64,000 nt of DNA from Salisapilia sapeloensis CBS 127946 (lineage: Eukaryota > Protista > Oomycota), in assembly GCA_023334545.1 (NCBI GenBank), contig JAADVB010000062.1, positions 18,346 to 82,345 of the forward strand, in the 5' to 3' direction. The notes under the pieces were generated by a model. That model had not been told where the DNA came from. It saw nothing but the letters and a program-made list of their open reading frames with translations, and made no database searches. This document shows, in pieces, positions 58,067 to 64,000 of the stretch. The translations under genes were made by a program, and so were the position numbers. Every line of letters begins with the position of its first letter. Positions within the stretch are counted from its first letter, which is position 1.

Positions 58067-58474
58067 GTGTTGTCCGCACTCACTGCCTGTGTGTGCGCGT
58101 GTGTCGTACACAGAGAGAGCCAGAATTCAGACACAGTCTGTCGTTTCGACGAAAAAGGTTCAGCTTCAGAATGCATTCCTTTCCGTTCAATCCCATACAA
58201 GAAGGACGCAAAAACAAATACCATGGGATGTGGGCAGGCGGAACATGGGATTCCTCCCACACGGTCGCTCGCAAAAGCGAAACGGAGGCGAAACGACAGG
58301 ATAAAGATAGATGGTCAAATTTTTGTACCTAGTTGTAATGCTATTCGTCGATCTACTGTTTGAAGTGTACGTGGGAAATCCCAGAGATGGTGGCTTTATG
58401 CCGTAAAGTCGCTCCGTTTCGTGCTCCCGCCAAAAAACCGGAGATCGTTTCGAACGGTTTCGACGACTACTGAG

Positions 58475-58574
58475 GTGGCACCCGCGTCCTCCCGTCCATG
58501 CCGTGTAAAGAGCTGAGCGTTGTGCGAAAAATGCCGCCGATCGATGTGGCATCCACGTCCTCCCGTCCATGCCG
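58475..58574. repeat. Two 29-bp direct repeats separated by 42 bp
   Basis: GTGGCACCCGCGTCCTCCCGTCCATGCCG (58475-58503) and GTGGCATCCACGTCCTCCCGTCCATGCCG (58546-58574), 27/29 identical. Confidence 0.85.
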
Positions 58575-59421
58575 CGAAATGAATTTTCGTAAAGTCATGG
58601 GCCTCGTCTTCCGTGGCCAAGGATGGTAGCAGCATGAATGAACCCTAGACTTTGGGGAGCTGTAGGGAGATAAAAATCAGATACACATGGTGAGGGTTTA
58701 GAAGCGCGCATCGCACGTCTCGAGTCTATACGAGAAGCAGGATCAACAGTTAAACAAGATTAAAGCAAGAGCACAAGTCGTGTCTGCAATCACAGTTGAT
58801 GCGTGTTTCTCAGGTGGACGGGCTCGTCACCTCAGGTGTCAAGTGGAGGCGACTCGTCCCAACGCGATAGATAGTTCTGAGTTACTGGATGAGGTTTTTA
58901 ACCCAGAGTCGTTGGATATGCTTGCGCCTTGCTGTCTAGTGCTATAGTCGGCTGCTTAACCCAACGTATCAAGTATTTGCGCTAGCAATTGCTCTTGCTT
59001 ATTCAGAAACGGATTTACTTTCCCATCTCGTCATGTCGAGCCTCTTTTTGGTACTACACAATGGACGTAGAGTATATTGCAGTCAGTAAATCGATAAGGC
59101 ATTGGACACACCAGTACTTGCTATCTAGCGCATGATGGATCACCGCACTCTCATCTCCATACCGCTGTCCAGCTCATCTGCAATAGGTTTATATCCATCT
59201 AAGCCACAAACTGCTATGTGCGCATTCTCTTCCTGTATTCCGGTATATCCATGAGGACTGCAAGACGTGTAACAAGGTCATGGATTCTGCTTTGTACCCA
59301 GTCGATGCCATCATTGAAGGGATGAGCAGACTTCCAGCCCAAGTTACCGCTCTTGAAATATAACCGTTACATGATACTAACGAGCGATCCAAACAACTAA
59401 CAACGAATCGAAGAGCCCAAG

Positions 59422-60908
59422 ATGGCAGTAGCTCGCTCCCTTTTCTTGCTCCTAGTCGCGCTCGTGAGTGCTCTCACGCCTTCCATATATGCCTCCAGAT
59501 TTGCCTTTGAGCTAGCTCTCGTTAGAACCGAGGTAGACCAGATAACACTTTTTCGCGGGCGTAAAGTTCATCTGAAATCATGTGGACGTGGTAGGAATGC
59601 TTTCAAGAGGAAGTCGTAAGTCGGACGAGCGGCAGCAAAATGCTCTTGCGCTTCGGCATTGTGGAGCCCACTACGAACGACATGATCGACGTCACTGTAT
59701 GCCTTAATGTGTGCATATATCGTGTAAATTATCCACTGACGATGTGACTTGCAGGTCCGATCCCCGACCAATAAGATTGTACAGCACTGGGCTCGATCTC
59801 AGACCAACCACACGTCTCTCGTGGTGCGTGAGACCGGTCTCTACAGCCTCTGCTTCCGCAAAGTCCGAGGCTCTGCCAAGGTCATCCACGTCTTTTACAA
59901 CTTTGACGTCGTCAAAGCCGGTAAAATTCCGTTGTTTTCGTCTAGAGTGCTACGTCTTCTCATGCATCACATCCACAGGAAGCGTGACGTTGACTCGATA
60001 CCCAGAACTAGCAGTTACAGTGGATGCCAATAACCCCCGCGAGAAGGACTATACGCGCATGAACATGCACACAGTCGACTCTCGACCGACAAAGATGGGC
60101 ATCGTCGCCTTTGACCTCTCAGGTGTCTCGTCCACTATCATGAGCCATCGGTATGCTCAGACGACAAGAGCCTACGTCTTGCTATCGATCGACAAGGTCA
60201 TCCCGAATGAGGAAACGGTCGAAATCGCCATTAGCGACATTCCATTCGGCCTCCAGCATCCAGTCACATGGAACTCGCTCGGCAGGTAGGCTTTTTCCCT
60301 TCTTGTTGTTTCCATTCTTATTAAACAAACCCATCTAGCTACACGAAAGGTGACTACAAGCAACGCGCGTTCGACAGCTCCGAGTCACGCATGGGCAGCC
60401 ACCTGTCGTTCGACATCACCGAAAAGTTGTCTGCTGCGCTTGCTCGTGGAGACTCGACGATCCAATTTGCGGTACTCTTTTTACAGCGACTGCGCGTAGA
60501 TTTAAAAAACTTACTTTATACTGCTGATGTAGATGTACGCGGACCAGGAGGAGGCACAGGCTGCGGCGTGGGGAACCGTGTACGCTGTTCCAGCGCTGTA
60601 CCCTCAGATGATCGTCGAGGATGGCGGGTTGGAATTGATGCAGGAAGTTGCGAAATTCAAGGAAGGCGTGTTTGAACTCCGCGGCAACTTGGGTCTTATC
60701 AAGCAAAAGGAGCGAAGTAGTCGTGACGGTGCGTTGCATGACTATCTCATGACTACTATTCTATTTTCAGATTCTAAATTCTTCTGTAGCTGCTGAAAGT
60801 GTGAATTCGCGCGTCAAGTGGATGTCGCTCCTTACGAACATCGTGCTCGTCGGCATCGCGTTCGTCCAAGTCCTCTTCATCCGCTCGATGCTCGAGTCGA
60901 CCGTCTAG
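59422..60908 (+). CDS. p24/emp24/GOLD family protein with an extra inserted domain, multi-exon
   Basis: Signal peptide, ECFQEEV...TGLYSLCF GOLD domain, about 170-aa insert, coiled coil KERSSRDAAESVNSRVKWMSLL, TM, tail ending ESTV. Confidence 0.75.
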
Positions 60909-61264
60909 ATCCGCACCCAGCGAGGTCCATTTCCAACACGACCACACACATTCTACAATTGATGATCTGGTCTTTTGTTGACTACTCTTCCCTCCCCTAC
61001 CTTTCCGATCACATCATCTTCTTTCCAAATCCATCAGTTCCTCTAGGGTTCAAAGAGTGTCGAGACGACCTGACTTTCCCCATGTATCCTGCAGTGTCCT
61101 ACGCTACTACAAATACCAGTCGCACAGCCGACTGTCCGCGTATTGTTTCCTCTCTCTGTAAAAGAATCCATCTGCATCTGCACGATGTTGAAGAATTGGG
61201 TACTACACAAAGCATCTGGCGCAAGGCCACAATGGAAATATTAATCTAATCTGACTCTCTTGTT

Positions 61265-61279
61265 CTCATTCCAGCTTTT
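61265..61279 (+). promoter_or_regulatory. Oomycete Inr/FPR core promoter
   Basis: CTCATTCCAGCTTTT, ending 14 nt before ATG 61294. Confidence 0.6.
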
Positions 61280-61293
61280 GCTCCCAAGGTCTC

Positions 61294-62049
61294 ATGCGGG
61301 GATTAGCTGTTTTACTATGCTCGCTTCTCGTTGCGCTCGTCGCGGCGCAAAGCTCCAGTAGCTCCGGACTTGCATCCGAACAAGTTGGCGCAGGTGCTTC
61401 CAACTCGTCGTCCTCTTCCTCCGGACAGTCGCAATGCCAACTCTGCGCTGACGGCGGTGATTGCTCGGAAGCCTATAAAAACAACCCAGGCCAGTATTGC
61501 AACAAATGGATCGACAAGCAAGGCAACACTCGCCCGTGCTGCTGTCCAACGGATGCTGTCTGCAAACCAATGAACTACGAATGCATATGCCATGGCAGTA
61601 GAAACCATCCGAACAATCGCAGCGATGAAGGTGATACTCGCATCGTCAGCGTCTGGTGGATGTGGCTTCTAATCGGTCTTTTCTTCATCGGAGTTGTTGG
61701 TGGGTGCATGGCCATGCGCAAAATGCGAGAACGTCGTCGTCAACAGCACATGCAACAGAGCGGACCGTACATGGCACAGCACGTGGACCAATACGGAAAC
61801 CCGATTGGAGGTGCTTATGGCCAGCCAGGCTACTATCCTCAGCAAGGAGTCTATGGCCAGCCCGGTTACGGAAACAATGGATACTACGACAACCGCCGAG
61901 GCGGTGGAATGGGCGCTGGAGCTGTTGCTGCTGGTGTCGGTGGCGGACTGCTTGGTGGTATGCTCTTGGGTAATGCCCTGGACAACGATGGCGGCGGTGG
62001 CGGCGGTGGAGACTTTGGTGGCGGAGGAGACTTTGGCGGCGACTTTTAG
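61294..62049 (+). CDS. Signal + 10-Cys ectodomain + TM + G/Q/Y/P-rich and Gly-zipper tail (tandem copy 1)
   Basis: CQLCADGGDC...RPCCCPTDAVC...CIC, TM VWWMWLLIGLFFIGVVGGC, and GAGAVAAGVGGGLLGGMLLG. Confidence 0.82.
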   Translation: MRGLAVLLCSLLVALVAAQSSSSSGLASEQVGAGASNSSSSSSGQSQCQLCADGGDCSEAYKNNPGQYCNKWIDKQGNTRPCCCPTDAVCKPMNYECICHGSRNHPNNRSDEGDTRIVSVWWMWLLIGLFFIGVVGGCMAMRKMRERRRQQHMQQSGPYMAQHVDQYGNPIGGAYGQPGYYPQQGVYGQPGYGNNGYYDNRRGGGMGAGAVAAGVGGGLLGGMLLGNALDNDGGGGGGGDFGGGGDFGGDF

Positions 62050-62887
62050 TCATGTAAATATGGTAAAGAGCTAACGAAGAGAATTGTTCTAGCAGTTCAC
62101 AAGTCAGGTATCGCGGATAGCAAGGCATTGTCAATAGTACTAAATCAAGAAAGTTTGTCTCTACTCGTGCTTACTACATCTTTAAGTTTCTACTTAGATG
62201 GGTTTTATCGTGCCCATCTACCCCTATCAAATTTTATGCGTGTCGGTGCGAGTACCAAGTCCCAGATGAGAAGGAATACCTGGTATAAAAATTGGCGATC
62301 AAGGCTATAAGGCAGGTTTCTTGGATTTATACAAAGAGAATGATCAAGTTGGTCTGTATGAAGGCTGGATATTGCTGATACTCGGGATGAAAGTTGACAA
62401 GCAACTTGGAGAACGCACTAGTCGCGAACGAATTGTTAAAACAAGGATGCTGTCGGCGAGTCAAGCTTGATGGAACATTGATATGGCAGATAGAGATACC
62501 GCGTACGGTCTCTACTGGGACAAGAACCCCGCCTGATCGGAAACTTCGGATGCGACGTATAATCGACTCTATCACTGTCATACCTTCAAGTAGACCATGC
62601 CTGCCATCTCGAACTTTGAAATGGTATCCTTTTGATACTAACACAAGCAGACAAATTCCTACGACTCTGGAGCGCGACGAAAGCAGAAATCCACCGCAGA
62701 GACCGCTGTGTTTGCCTTTTTTACACGCTTCCTACACACAGATGCCACAGCATTTGTGGCCGTAGGGAGTGGTCTCCACGAAAATAGTCGGCTGCGTCGG
62801 ACACGTAGTCAAGCAATATGGGTACAGAAGTAATAACTGATTAGATGTGCAGGCTATGAACATCAATCAAGGCCAACTACCGCCTGC

Positions 62888-62902
62888 CTCATTACAGATT
62901 TT
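62888..62902 (+). promoter_or_regulatory. Inr/FPR-like element paralogous to 61265
   Basis: CTCATTACAGATTTT at the same offset from ATG 62917. Confidence 0.5.
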
Positions 62903-62916
62903 GCTTCAAAGGTCTC

Positions 62917-63762
62917 ATGAAGGGTCTAGCAGTTCTGTTATTTTCCTTCCTCCTCGCCCTGGCCGCGGCACAAAACGCTAGCGACTTGGAATTTGGTCCT
63001 GGACAGGATGGCTCCCTTCCTTCCAACTCGTCGTCCTCTTCCTCCGGACAGTCGCAATGCCAACTCTGCGCTGACGGCGGTGATTGCTCGGAAGCCTATA
63101 AAAACAACCCAGGCCAGTATTGCAACAAATATATCGACAAGCAAGGCAACACTCGCCCGTGCTGCTGTCCAACGGATGCTGTCTGCAAACCAATGAACTA
63201 CGAATGCCACTGTTCACCCAACGGAGATCATTCGACCTATTCGAACGCTCTTGGCGATGTTAATGGCCTCGGTGACGACTTCAATGACTTTAACACCGAT
63301 TCCGAAGATACTCGTGAGGATGCTGGATCCTTCTTTCTCTGGTGGGTGGGGATCTTACTCGCCCTGCTTATCGCTGCAGTTGTCGGCGGATGCATATCTC
63401 TTTGCCGGAAACAACAACGCCATCACGAAATGCAAGATCTATATGAGGCACCGTACATGGTGCATCAAGTTGATCAATACGGAAACCCAATTGGAGGCGC
63501 CTATGGACAGCCGAGTTACTACCCTCAACAAAGAGCCTATGTCCCGCCAGGATACCACGGGCAGTCAAGCTATGCAAACAATGTGTACAAGCACAATTAT
63601 CATGGCGGAGGCTTAGGCGCTGGAGCTGTCGCTGCCGGAGTAGGTGGCGGACTGCTCGGTGGTATGGTCTTAAGTAATGCCCTGGAAAGCAACAATAGCA
63701 GAGGTAACGAAGAAAACACTGGTGAAGACACTGGTGGCGGAGACTTTGGCGGCGACTTTTAG
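62917..63762 (+). CDS. Tandem copy 2 of the Cys-rich TM Gly-tail protein
   Basis: The ectodomain is nearly identical to copy 1 at DNA level (about 63016-63208 vs 61393-61585); linker and tail are diverged. Confidence 0.82.
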   Translation: MKGLAVLLFSFLLALAAAQNASDLEFGPGQDGSLPSNSSSSSSGQSQCQLCADGGDCSEAYKNNPGQYCNKYIDKQGNTRPCCCPTDAVCKPMNYECHCSPNGDHSTYSNALGDVNGLGDDFNDFNTDSEDTREDAGSFFLWWVGILLALLIAAVVGGCISLCRKQQRHHEMQDLYEAPYMVHQVDQYGNPIGGAYGQPSYYPQQRAYVPPGYHGQSSYANNVYKHNYHGGGLGAGAVAAGVGGGLLGGMVLSNALESNNSRGNEENTGEDTGGGDFGGDF

Positions 63763-63858
63763 GCATATAATTATAATGAAAAGCATGGGAGATGAATGTT
63801 CTAGTCATCTACTTGACCTAAGGTTTTCAAGGTAGCTGAACGACTATGCCTTTATCTT

Positions 63859-63999
63859 ATGGCAGCAGGCGTCGGAGGTGGACTGCTCGGCGGTATGCTT
63901 CTGGGCGAAGCTCTAGATAACGACAATCCGGGAGACATGGAGGCTGGCGGAGGTGGAGACGACGGAGGAGACTTTGGCGGCGACGGAGGCGACATGTAG
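63859..63999 (+). pseudogene. Tail-only third copy (46-aa mini-ORF or duplication relic)
   Basis: MAAGVGGGLLGGMLLGEALDND...GGDFGG...* starts about 100 bp after the copy 2 stop, with no ectodomain or TM upstream. Confidence 0.6.
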
Positions 64000-64000
64000 C

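Noticed and set aside
58475-58574. CRISPR array
   Set aside because: Only two repeats, eukaryotic context, no cas genes, and the repeat is not palindromic. Kept as a plain direct repeat.
62327-62765. ORFs between the tandem Cys-rich genes as a TE remnant
   Set aside because: Non-ATG starts, no transposase/RT motifs, and no terminal repeats seen.

Overview
Compact eukaryotic, almost certainly oomycete, genomic window. The evidence is short GT-AG introns of about 46-200 nt, oomycete-type Inr/FPR core promoters (YCAYTYY-NNN-WTTY), a temptin-like gene, a GPCR-TKL bigram and C2HC 'HGGG' zinc-finger repeats. It holds about 35 protein-coding loci and one tRNA-Lys(CTT). Most are housekeeping genes: glucosidase II beta, NT5C3, GRWD1, NDUFAF6, BCP1, Nma111, PUS10, BTAF1/Mot1, DOLPP1, ROGDI-like, a CAMKK-like kinase and an Rdx protein. 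Spacers are often under 150 bp. No CRISPR array or intact transposon is supported. The most unusual items are (1) a p24/GOLD protein with an inserted DNRLRE/CBM96-like domain, (2) an orphan NDP-sugar pyrophosphorylase-fold gene with a repeat-rich upstream module, (3) a tandem family of 10-Cys type-I membrane proteins with a PrP-like Gly-zipper tail plus a tail-only mini-ORF, (4) a mirror-symmetric ZnR-SH3-LIM2-SAH-LIM2-SH3-ZnR adaptor, (5) a long hairpin inside an oversized intron, and (6) divergent Yme2/RNA12-, Gemin8- and KIX-like proteins. Gene models and family calls were made by eye from motifs; no database searches were run.
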